The notes under the pieces are model-generated. The model made no database searches, was not told the origin of the DNA, and saw only the letters and a list, made by a program, of their open reading frames with translations. Below, piece after piece: positions 1-9,700 of a DNA stretch of 64,000 bases; position 1 is the first letter of the stretch, and each line of letters opens with the position of its first letter. Both the position numbers and the translations under genes were made by a program. The DNA is from a virus (lineage: Duplodnaviria > Heunggongvirae > Uroviricota > Caudoviricetes). The DNA lies in the IMG/VR virus record IMGVR_UViG_3300047550_004303; one strand, 5' to 3'.

Positions 1-2
1 GA

Positions 3-3000
3 ACTGAATTTATTCAAAGTTGGACATCAATTGCATCAGGTGCATCACATTCTGCTGCAATTAGAACAGACGGTGGTTTGTTTACTTGGGGAGCAGGAAC
101 AAGTGGTAGATTAGGTGATAATACTACAATTGATAGATCAAGCCCAGTACAAATAGGAACGAGCAGTTGGACTAGTGTAAGTGCCGGAAATGCACACACA
201 GCAGCAATAAGACAGGATGGATCATTATTTACTTGGGGAAGAGGTCTTGATGGACAATTAGGTGATGACGGTTCCATTAATAGATCAAGTCCCGTGCAAA
301 TTGGAACTAGTAGTTGGACAAGTGTGAGTGCTGGTTTTGCACATACTGCTGCAATCAGAAATGGTAGTTCATTATTTACTTGGGGATGCGGTCTATGTGG
401 TGGATTAGGTGATGGAACTACTATTAATAAGTTTAGTCCAGTACAAATTGGTACAAGCAGTTGGACAAGTGTAAGTGCAGGATTTTATAATACCGCTGCA
501 ATACGTTTAGATGGTGCATTGTTTACATGGGGATATGGAAGAGGAGGAAATTTAGGTTGGCTAACCACTGTTCAAAGTTGGACAACAATTTCATCCGGAG
601 TAGGGAATGTCGCCGCTATTAGATCAGATGGTGGTTTGTTTACTTGGGGAGCAGGTAGTTCGGGTAGATTAGGGACAAATGACATTATTGATAGATCAAG
701 TCCGGTACAAATAGGAACAAGTAGTTGGACTAGTGTAGATGCAGGGGCCACTCACGTTGCTGCAATACGAAGTGACGGAAGATTATTTACTTGGGGAGCA
801 GGTGGTGCAGGTCGTTTGGGAAACAATACTACAATTGATAGATCAAGTCCGGTACAAATAGGAACTAGTAGTTGGACAACAGTAAGTGCAGGATGTTTTC
901 ATACTGCGGCAGTAAGATTAGATGGTTCAATATTCACTTGGGGATGCGGTGCAACAGGTAGATTAGGAGACAGTAATACCGTTAATAGGTCTAGTCCAGT
1001 ACAAATTGGAACAAGTAGTTGGACTACCGTTAGCGCAGGAAATAACTTTACAGCAGCCACTAGAAATGACGGAAGACTATTTACATGGGGAACTGGAGGT
1101 TGCGGACAATTAGGATGGTTAACTGCTGTTCAAAGTTGGAACGCGATAGCATCAGGAAATGGACAAGTATTAGCTATTAGATCAGATGGTCTTTTGTTTA
1201 CGTGGGGATCAGGTGGTGCAGGTAGATTAGGAAGCGGAGACACTTTTGATAGGTCAAGCCCAGTACAAGTAGGTGTAAGCAGCTGGACATCAGTAAGTGC
1301 AGGATTTTCACATAGCACAGCTATAAGAAGTGATGGAAGATTATTTACTTGGGGTTCTAATAGTGTAGGGCAATTAGGAGACAACACAACCGTAAACAGA
1401 TCAAGTCCAGTACAGGTAGGAACAAGCAGTTGGACTAGTATCAGTGCAGGAACCTATAGCACAGCAGCAATAAGACAGGATGGTTCTTTATTCATTTGGG
1501 GATTCGGAACATCAGGTAGATTGGGTGATGGCGGTACACTAAATAGATCCAGTCCAGTACAACTTGGAACAAGTAGCTGGACCACTGTTAGTACAGGAAA
1601 TGGAAATACCGCAGCAATAAGACAGGATGGTGCATTATTTACATGGGGGGATAATGCATCAGGACAATTAGGAGAAGTAACAGCAGTATTAAGCTGGAAT
1701 GCAGTTTCTTTTGGTCGTTCTCATGTTACGGCTATAACAAATACTAACATATTATATGCTTGGGGATTAAATAACTATGGACAATTGGGTGATGGTACTA
1801 CAATAAATAGATCCAGTCCAGTGCAAATTGGAACAAGCAGTTGGACCAGTGTAAGTGCCGGAGTTGCACACACAGCCGCAATTAGAACAGACGGTGCTTT
1901 ATTTACTTGGGGAGCAGGTGGTGCAGGTAGATTAGGTGATAGCACAACTATTAATAGATCAAGCCCAGTACAAATCGGCACAAGTAGTTGGACTGCCGTA
2001 GCTGCAGGTGGTTCTCATACAGTAGCTACCAAATCGGATAGTTTGTTATTTACTTGGGGATTAAATAATTTCGGGCAAATGGGCGACGGTACTACAACAA
2101 GTAAATCAAGCCCAGTGCAAATTGGCACAAGTAGTTGGACTACTATAAGTGCAGGACTTCAAATGACTGCTGCGATAAGAAATGACGACGGTAGATTATT
2201 TACTTGGGGAGCAGGTTCAAATGGTAGATTGGGTGATGGCGGTACACTAAATAGATCCAGTCCAGTGCAAGTTGGAACGAGTAGTTGGACAGCCGTAAGC
2301 GCAGGACAAGCACATGTAGTAGCAATAAGGCAAGGTGGTTCATTATTTACTTGGGGATATGGAACAAGTGGTAGATTAGGTGATAATTCAATTATTGCTA
2401 GGTCAAGCCCAGTACAAGTAGGAACAAATAGCTGGACAGCAGTAAGCGCAGGAGAAGCGCATACTGCTGCAATAACAATTAATAATACTTTATTTACATG
2501 GGGAAGAGGACTTGACGGACAATTAGGAGACGGCACTTCAGTTAACAGATCAAGTCCAGTACTAATCGGTGCTAGTACTTGGACTAAAGTAAGCGCAGGG
2601 GGAAATAATACAGGAGTAATAGGACTATTATCATCTGATTTACAAATTACAGGTGCGGCAAATACTGGTCAATTAGGCAACAACTCAACTACAAGTAGAT
2701 CGTCATTGGTGTTAGTGGGCAGTATTGCTGTAGAACCAAGATCATCACCTGTGCAAGTTGGATCAAGTAGTTGGACAACAGTAAGTGCAGGCGGGGATCT
2801 GTTCACTGCTGCTATCCGTAACGATGGAGGCTTATTCACCTGGGGACATAATCTTTTCGGTCAACTAGGAGATAATTCAACTATAAATCGATCCATTCCA
2901 GTGCAAATTGGCAATTGTAGTTGGACTAGTGTAAGTGCAGGAGTACTTAATTTTACTTCAGCAATTCGTAATGATGGTTTACTATTTACATGGGGCTGTA

Positions 3001-6000
3001 ATGGTTTAGGAGCATTAGGAGACGGTACGACAGTTAGAAGATCAAGTCCAGTACAAATAGGTACCGGAAGTTGGACTAGTATAAGCGCAGGTTCTGCATC
3101 TATGTCGGCTATTGATAACAGCTCTGTTGCATATCTTTGGGGATATGGTACTTCAGGTAGAATAGGTGATAACACTAATATAACTAGATCAAGTCCAGTA
3201 GTATTAGGCAATATCAACCCATTGCTAGTTTCTTCTCCAGTGCAAGTAGGCACTAGTAGTTGGATAGCAATAAGTGCAGGATATAATTTTGCAGCAGCTA
3301 TAAATTCAAACAATTTACTTTTTACTTGGGGTTTAGGAGCTAACGGTAGATTAGGTGATGGAAATACCATAGATAGATCAATCCCCGCCCAAATAGGATC
3401 AAGCAGCTGGACATTTGTAAGCGCAGGTGAAAATTCATCAAATCCTGCTGCAATAAGAAGTGATGGTGCTTTATTTACCTGGGGATTCAATTCATCAGGT
3501 CAATTGGGTGATAATACTACTATTAACAGATCAAGTCCAGTGCAAATTGGAACAAGTAGTTGGACATCAGTAAGTGCAGGACAAGATTTTATGTCAGCAA
3601 TTGATAGTACCGCTGTAGCATATATTTGGGGTGAAGGAAGTTCAGGAAGAATAGGTAATAACACCAATATAAGCAACTCAACACCATTAATTTTAGGTAA
3701 TATAAATCCAGTACAGGTTTTTTCTCCAGTTCAAGTTGGAACCAGCAGTTGGACATCAGTAAGTGCGGGATGTTGTTTTGCAGCAGCAATTAGAACAGAC
3801 AGTGCATTATTTACTTGGGGTTTAGGTAGTTCAGGACGTTTAGGAGATGGCACAACTATTAGTAAATCAAGCCCAGTACAAATTGGAACAAGCAGTTGGA
3901 CATCTGTAAGTGCTGGCTTCACTCATACCTCTGCAATAAGAAGTGATGGTGCTTTATTTACCTGGGGATTAAATTCATCAGGTCAATTGGGTGATAATAC
4001 TACTATTAACAGATCAAGTCCGGTACAGATAGGAACAAGTAGTTGGACTACAATTAGTAGTGGTGGTAATTCAACTTTAGGACTAGAAATTGATAACACA
4101 TTATATGCTTGGGGATTAGGAACTTCAGGACAATTAGGTGATAATACAACTATCGCTAGATCAAGTCCAGTTGTATTAGGAGGTATACTAATAACTTCTT
4201 TTTCTAATCCAGTTCAAATTGGAAATAGCAGTTGGACATCTGTAAGTGCAGGTGCAACGCACACTGCTGCAATAAGACAAGATAATGGTTTATTTGTTTG
4301 GGGTGCAGGCAGTTCGGGTAGATTAGGGACAAACGACACCATTAATAGATCAAGTCCAGTGCAAATTGGAACAAGTAGCTGGACTACCGTAAATGCAGGT
4401 GGTACTCACACAGCAGCAATAAGAATTGATGGTTCATTATTTACCTGGGGATTCAATTCATCAGGACAAATAGGTGACAATACCACTATAACCAGATCAA
4501 GTCCAGTACAAATTGGAACAAGCAGTTGGACTAGTGTAAGTGCAGGTATTACTCACACAGCAGCAATAAAACAAGATAGCTTATTATTTACATGGGGAGC
4601 AAATGCATCAGGACAAATAGGTGACAACACTACAATCAATAGATCAAGTCCAGTACAAGTAGGAGGACAACCAATTGATACTTCATCCCCTAATCAAATA
4701 GGCACAAGTAGTTGGACATCCGTAAGTGCAGGTGCGTCTCATTCTATGGCAATAAGAAGTGATAAATTATTATTTGCATGGGGGAGTAATAATCTTGGTC
4801 AACTTGGGGACGGCACAATATTGTCCAGATCAAGCCCTATACAAATTGGATCAAGTAGTTGGACTAGTATAAGTGCAGGTGCATCACATACTGCGGCAAT
4901 AAGAAGTGACAATGCATTATTTGTATGGGGAAGTAACAGTTCAGGGCAAATAGGTGATGATACTACAATAAACAGATCAAGTCCAGTTCAATTAGGAACA
5001 AGCAGTTGGACTAGTGTCAGTGCCGGTAAAAATGGCCCCTTTACTGCTGCAATCAAAAATAATGGCTCATTATTTACATGGGGATTAAACAGTAGCGGAC
5101 GTTTGGGAGACGGAACTACGGTTAACCGTAGTAGTCCAGTACAAATTGGTTCAAGCAGTTGGACCGCTGTAACTGCAGGTTACATAAATGCACATGCTAT
5201 ACGAAGTGATGGATATTTATATACATGGGGAAGTAATAGATATGGACAATTTGGAAATACTGCACCTCTAACTTGGAAGAATTTATCTGTTGTCGTTAAC
5301 ACAGTATTAGCGATACGTAATGACGATTTATTGTTTAGTTGGGGCCTTAATGATTTTGGACAAGTAGGTGACAACACCAAAATCAATAGGTCGAGTCCAG
5401 TACAAATCGGAACAAGCAGTTGGACTGCTATTAGTCAAGGAACCAATGTTAGTTTAGCTATACGTATCGACGGGCGATTATTTGCATGGGGTAGAGGAAC
5501 TAACGGAGCATTGGGACAAGGTAACCAAATTGATTATTCTAGTCCAGTACAAATAGGAACCAGCAGTTGGATTGCAATTGCAGCAGCAACCGAACTTACA
5601 AGTTTTGCTATTCGCGTTGATGGGAGACTTTTTAGTTGGGGTGATAATAGTGTAGGGCAATTAGGTCAAGGTTCAGGAGTAGCATTTGACACTAGCCCAG
5701 TGAACATAGGAACCAGCAGTTGGACTCAAGTTTCAGCCGGACGCAGACATGCAATTGCTTTGCGAAGTGACGGGGCGTTATTTACCTGGGGATCAAATAC
5801 ATCAGGACAATTAGGTGACGGAACAACAATAAACAAAAACAGTCCAGTGCAAATTGGATCCAGTAGTTGGACCGCAATTAGTGCAGGAGGTTATAACTCC
5901 GGTGCAATTCGCGCTGATGGTGCATTATTTACCTGGGGATCAAATACATCAGGACAAATAGGAGATAATACAAGAACTACAAACTCTAGTCCTGTGCAGA

Positions 6001-6680
6001 TAGGAACAAATAGTTGGACAGCGGTAAACATATCATTTGGAGGTAGTACCTGGGCAATTAATAACACTAATTTGATATATGGATGGGGGAGCGATTATTG
6101 GGGAGATGGAACAACTAATACCCGTTCAAGTCCAGTACAAATAGGTACACAAAGTTGGACTGTAATTCAAAGTAATGGCGGAATCACATCAAATTCACTT
6201 TTATATATGTGGGGGGGAGGAGGGTCAGGACAAATAGGAAATAACTCAACTGTCACACAGACTACTTCAACACTCACTGTTTTAGGCGGAATAAGCCAAT
6301 CATCATCACCAATACTTGTTAATTTTAATAGTTGGCGTCAAGTTAATAGTAATGCTTCACACACCGCTGCAATACGTAGTGACTATACACTTTTTACATG
6401 GGGAGCAGGTACATCAGGTAGATTAGGTGACGGAACAACAATTGACAGATCAAGTCCAGTACAAATTGGATCCAGTAGTTGGACCGCAATTAGTGCAGGC
6501 ACAGCACATACTGCTGCAATTAGAACAGACGGTCTTTTGTTTGCTTGGGGAGCAGGTAGTTCAGGACGTTTAGGTACCCAAAATACCATAGATAGATCAA
6601 GTCCAGTATCAATAGGTAGTAATAGTTGGTCTGCGATAGGTGCAGGTGACACATTTACTTTAGGATTATTAAAGGCGTAA
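3..6680 (+). CDS. Giant RCC1/BLIP-II-repeat beta-propeller protein (5' truncated by window edge), probable virion fibre/decoration protein
   Basis: Frame is open from base 3 (TEFIQSWTSIASG...), upstream of the TTG at 78. About 44 copies of a ~49-aa repeat SWxxVSAGxxHTAAIRxDGxLFTWGxxxxGxLGDxTTINRSSPVQIGTS, matching RCC1-type repeats. Virion role is inferred from context. Confidence 0.9.
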   Translation, partial: TEFIQSWTSIASGASHSAAIRTDGGLFTWGAGTSGRLGDNTTIDRSSPVQIGTSSWTSVSAGNAHTAAIRQDGSLFTWGRGLDGQLGDDGSINRSSPVQIGTSSWTSVSAGFAHTAAIRNGSSLFTWGCGLCGGLGDGTTINKFSPVQIGTSSWTSVSAGFYNTAAIRLDGALFTWGYGRGGNLGWLTTVQSWTTISSGVGNVAAIRSDGGLFTWGAGSSGRLGTNDIIDRSSPVQIGTSSWTSVDAGATHVAAIRSDGRLFTWGAGGAGRLGNNTTIDRSSPVQIGTSSWTTVSAGCFHTAAVRLDGSIFTWGCGATGRLGDSNTVNRSSPVQIGTSSWTTVSAGNNFTAATRNDGRLFTWGTGGCGQLGWLTAVQSWNAIASGNGQVLAIRSDGLLFTWGSGGAGRLGSGDTFDRSSPVQVGVSSWTSVSAGFSHSTAIRSDGRLFTWGSNSVGQLGDNTTVNRSSPVQVGTSSWTSISAGTYSTAAIRQDGSLFIWGFGTSGRLGDGGTLNRSSPVQLGTSSWTTVSTGNGNTAAIRQDGALFTWGDNASGQLGEVTAVLSWNAVSFGRSHVTAITNTNILYAWGLNNYGQLGDGTTINRSSPVQIGTSSWTSVSAGVAHTAAIRTDGALFTWGAGGAGRLGDSTTINRSSPVQIGTSSWTAVAAGGSHTVATKSDSLLFTWGLNNFGQMGDGTTTSKSSPVQIGTSSWTTISAGLQMTAAIRNDDGRLFTWGAGSNGRLGDGGTLNRSSPVQVGTSSWTAVSAGQAHVVAIRQGGSLFTWGYGTSGRLGDNSIIARSSPVQVGTNSWTAVSAGEAHTAAITINNTLFTWGRGLDGQLGDGTSVNRSSPVLIGASTWTKVSAGGNNTGVIGLLSSDLQITGAANTGQLGNNSTTSRSSLVLVGSIAVEPRSSPVQVGSSSWTTVSAGGDLFTAAIRNDGGLFTWGHNLFGQLGDNSTINRSIPVQIGNCSWTSVSAGVLNFTSAIRNDGLLFTWGCNGLGALGDGTTVRRSSPVQIGTGSWTSISAGSASMSAIDNSSVAYLWGYGTSGRIGDNTNITRSSPVVLGNINPLLVSSPVQVGTSSWIAISAGYNFAAAINSNNLLFTWGLGANGRLGDGNTIDRSIPAQIGSSSWTFVSAGENSSNPAAIRSDGALFTWGFNSSGQLGDNTTINRSSPVQIGTSSWTSVSAGQDFMSAIDSTAVAYIWGEGSSGRIGNNTNISNSTPLILGNINPVQVFSPVQVGTSSWTSVSAGCCFAAAIRTDSALFTWGLGSSGRLGDGTTISKSSPVQIGTSSWTSVSAGFTHTSAIRSDGALFTWGLNSSGQLGDNTTINRSSPVQIGTSSWTTISSGGNSTLGLEIDNTLYAWGLGTSGQLGDNTTIARSSPVVLGGILITSFSNPVQIGNSSWTSVSAGATHTAAIRQDNGLFVWGAGSSGRLGTNDTINRSSPVQIGTSSWTTVNAGGTHTAAIRIDGSLFTWGFNSSGQIGDNTTITRSSPVQIGTSSWTSVSAGITHTAAIKQDSLLFTWGANASGQIGDNTTINRSSPVQVGGQPIDTSSPNQIGTSSWTSVSAGASHSMAIRSDKLLFAWGSNNLGQLGDGTILSRSSPIQIGSSSWTSISAGASHTAAIRSDNALFVWGSNSSGQIGDDTTINRSSPVQLGTSSWTSVSAGKNGPFTAAIKNNGSLFTWGLNSSGRLGDGTTVNRSSPVQIGSSSWTAVTAGYINAHAIRSDGYLYTWGSNRYGQFGNTAPLTWKNLSVVVNTVLAIRNDDLLFSWGLNDFGQVGDNTKINRSSPVQIGTSSWTAISQGTNVSLAIRIDGRLFAWGRGTNGALGQGNQIDYSSPVQIGTSSWIAIAAATELTSFAIRVDGRLFSWGDNSVGQLGQGSGVAFDTSPVNIGTSSWTQVSAGRRHAIALRSDGALFTWGSNTSGQLGDGTTINKNSPVQIGSSSWTAISAGGYNSGAIRADGALFTWGSNTSGQIGDNTRTTNSSPVQIGTNSWTAVNISFGGSTWAINNTNLIYGWGSDYWGDGTTNTRSSPVQIGTQSWTVIQSNGGITSNSLLYMWGGGGSGQIGNNSTVTQTTSTLTVLGGISQSSSPILVNFNSWRQVNSNASHTAAIRSDYTLFTWGAGTSGRLGDGTTIDRSSPVQIGSSSWTAISAGTAHTAAIRTDGLLFAWGAGSSGRLGTQNTIDRSSPVSIGSNSWSAIGAGDTFTLGLLKA

Positions 6681-6723
6681 CAAAATTTGAACTTCGTACA
6701 AAACTATAATGACCCAAAAAAAC

Positions 6724-6738
6724 TAAATACAATAAATA
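6724..6738 (+). promoter_or_regulatory. Two tandem T4-like late promoter boxes (TAAATA)
   Basis: TAAATA at 6724-6729 and 6733-6738 in the intergenic gap upstream of the ATG at 6766; AAGG SD at about 6754. Confidence 0.55.
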
Positions 6739-6765
6739 TATAAAAATTATACATAAGGTTAAAAT

Positions 6766-9700
6766 ATGGCCGGATTTAAAGTAAATGGCACTGATTTAGA
6801 TAATTTATTTGCACCTATAGGCACTACCAATAAAATTGCCGACGTAGGCTATAGAATTTCAGGCAATGATATATCTAATTTATACCTACCTGCTTCATGT
6901 GGTCTACCATATGGAACCACAAATTATAAAAAAACAGGGTCTGACATCGGTACATTATTTGCATCATTGACTTCGGTCGATGCATTTTTCCTTTATGCAT
7001 GGGGACAAAATAATTATGGAAAATTAGGAAGCATTCCTACAAGTTGGAATACTATAAGTGCAGGATACTGTCATTCAGCAGCAATACGCAGCGATGGTTC
7101 ACTATTTACTTGGGGAGTAGGTACAAGTGGTGCATTAGGTAACGCCAGTACAGTCAGTGAATCTAGCCCAATTCAAATTGGCGCTAGTAGCTGGACAAGT
7201 GTAAGTGCCGGTTTAAATTGGAATTTAGCCGTTCGTAATGATGGATCATTATTTGTTTGGGGAGCAAATGCATCAGGACAATTAGGTGATGGAACTACTG
7301 TAGATAAATCAAGTCCAATTCAAATAGGTACAAGTAGTTGGACATCTGTAAGTGCAGGAAGAACAGTAGCAGCAGGATTACTTTCTAATAAATTATTTAC
7401 TTGGGGATCTAATGATAGTGGACAATTAGGCTTAGGTGACACTACAAATAGATCAAGTCCAGTGCAAGTCGGCACCAATAATTGGACAAAAGTAAGTGCA
7501 GGAAGAGACCATATACTGGCTATTAGTGATACAAATAAACTTTGGGCTTGGGGGAACGGTGGTTCAGGGCAATTAGGTGATGGTACTGTAATAAATAGGT
7601 CAAGTCCAGTACAAATAGGATCTAATAATTGGGTAGATATAAGCGCAAGCCTTGGTAGTTTTTTTAGCACAGGAATAAGACAGGATAATTTACTATTTAC
7701 ATGGGGGGCAGGCTCATTTGGTCAATTAGGTATTGGATTAAGCAGCGGGGATAGATGTAGCCCTGTGCAAGTTGGTGCAAATACATGGTGTAAGGTTAGT
7801 GCTGGAGTAAATTTTGCAACAGCAATTACAACAGCAAATTTAATATTTGCATGGGGAACAGGAACTAACGGTAGGTTAGGAAATAACTCCACTATTGATA
7901 GATCAAGTCCTGTAGTAATAGGATCCAGTAATTGGACCGTAACAAGTTCAGGTGGATTTCACACGTTAGCCTTACTTAACAATAACACGGTATACACATG
8001 GGGATTAGGATCATCCGGTAGATTAGGTGATTTAAACACTGTTAACAGATCAAGTCCGGTACTAATAGGTTTTACAACTGTTAATAGATCAACCCCTTCG
8101 CAAATAGGAACAAACAGTTGGGTTTCAGTAAGTGCAGGACCAAGTCATGTTGCAGCAATTCGTAATGATAGATTACTATTTACATGGGGAAGAAATCTTG
8201 ACGGACAATTAGGCGATGATACTACAACTAACAGATCAAGCCCAGTACAAATTGGTACAAATAGTTGGGCAAATGTAAGTGTAGGACAAGCGCATACTGT
8301 TGGTATATTATTAGGAGGAAGATTATTTACTTGGGGATTCGGAGCAAATGGTAGATTGGGAGATAATTCTAATGTTAACAGGTCAAGTCCAGTACAGGTT
8401 GGCACAAGCTGTTGGATTAGTGTTAGCGCCGGACAGTATCATACTGCTGCAATAGCAGCCAATAGAAAACTATTTACTTGGGGTTGGGGAGCTAACGGTA
8501 GATTAGGTGATGAAACTACTGTGGACAAATCAAGTCCAGTACAAATAGGAACAAGCAGTTGGATTAGCGTGAGCGGAGGTGGTTCTCATACAGCAGCAAT
8601 TCGTAGTGACAATATTTTATTTACCTGGGGATTAAATACATCAGGACAATTAGGCACATGTACTGATGTTTATAGTTGGACCACAGTAAGTGCAGGTAAT
8701 GTCCATACTGCTGCCATACGAAGTGACGGAGCTTTATTTACTTGGGGAGCAGGTAGTTCAGGTAGATTAGGTGACGGAACAACAACCGACAGATCCAGTC
8801 CAATACAAATAGGCACAAGTAGTTGGACATCAGTAGGTGCTGGTGTATTTCATACTGGTGCTATTAGAGTTGATGGGAGATTATTTACTTGGGGTTTAGG
8901 AACATTAGGTAGATTAGGTGACGGCACAACCAATAGATCAAGTCCAATTCAAATTGGTGCAAGTAGTTGGACTACTATAAGTGCAGGAGCAGCACACACT
9001 ACTGCATTAAGAATTGATGGTGCTTTATTTACTTGGGGATATAATAGATTTGGGCAACTAGGTGACAATGCAACAGCCAACAGGTCAAGTCCAGTACAAA
9101 TAGGTATCGACAGTTGGATTACGGTAAGTGCTGGAGGAACTCATACAGCAGCAATTCGCAGCGACAATATTTTATTTACATGGGGAGTAGGTAGTTCAGG
9201 TAGATTAGGAAATGATTCTACTATTGACAGGTCAAGTCCAGTACAAATAGGTACCGGCAGTTGGATTACAGTAAGTGCTGGAGGAACTCATACAGCAGCA
9301 ATTCGCAACGACAATATTTTATTTACATGGGGAGTAGGTAGTTCAGGTAGATTAGGAAATGATTCTACTATTGACAGGTCAAGTCCAGTACAAATAGGAA
9401 CCAGTAGTTGGACATCAGTGAGTGCAGGTGGCACTCACACCGCTGCAATTAGATCAGACGGCGCATTATTTACTTGGGGTTTGTGGATTTCGGGACAATT
9501 AGGTGACAATGCAACAGCCAACAGGTCAAGTCCAGTACAAATAGGAACAAGTAGTTGGACTACGGTAAGTGCCGGAGGAACTCATACAGCAGCAATTCGT
9601 AGCGATAATATTTTATTTACCTGGGGAGCTAGGGGATATGGTCAATTGGGAATCGGAACTAGTGGTAACAATATATCAAGTCCAGTACAGGTCGGTGAAA

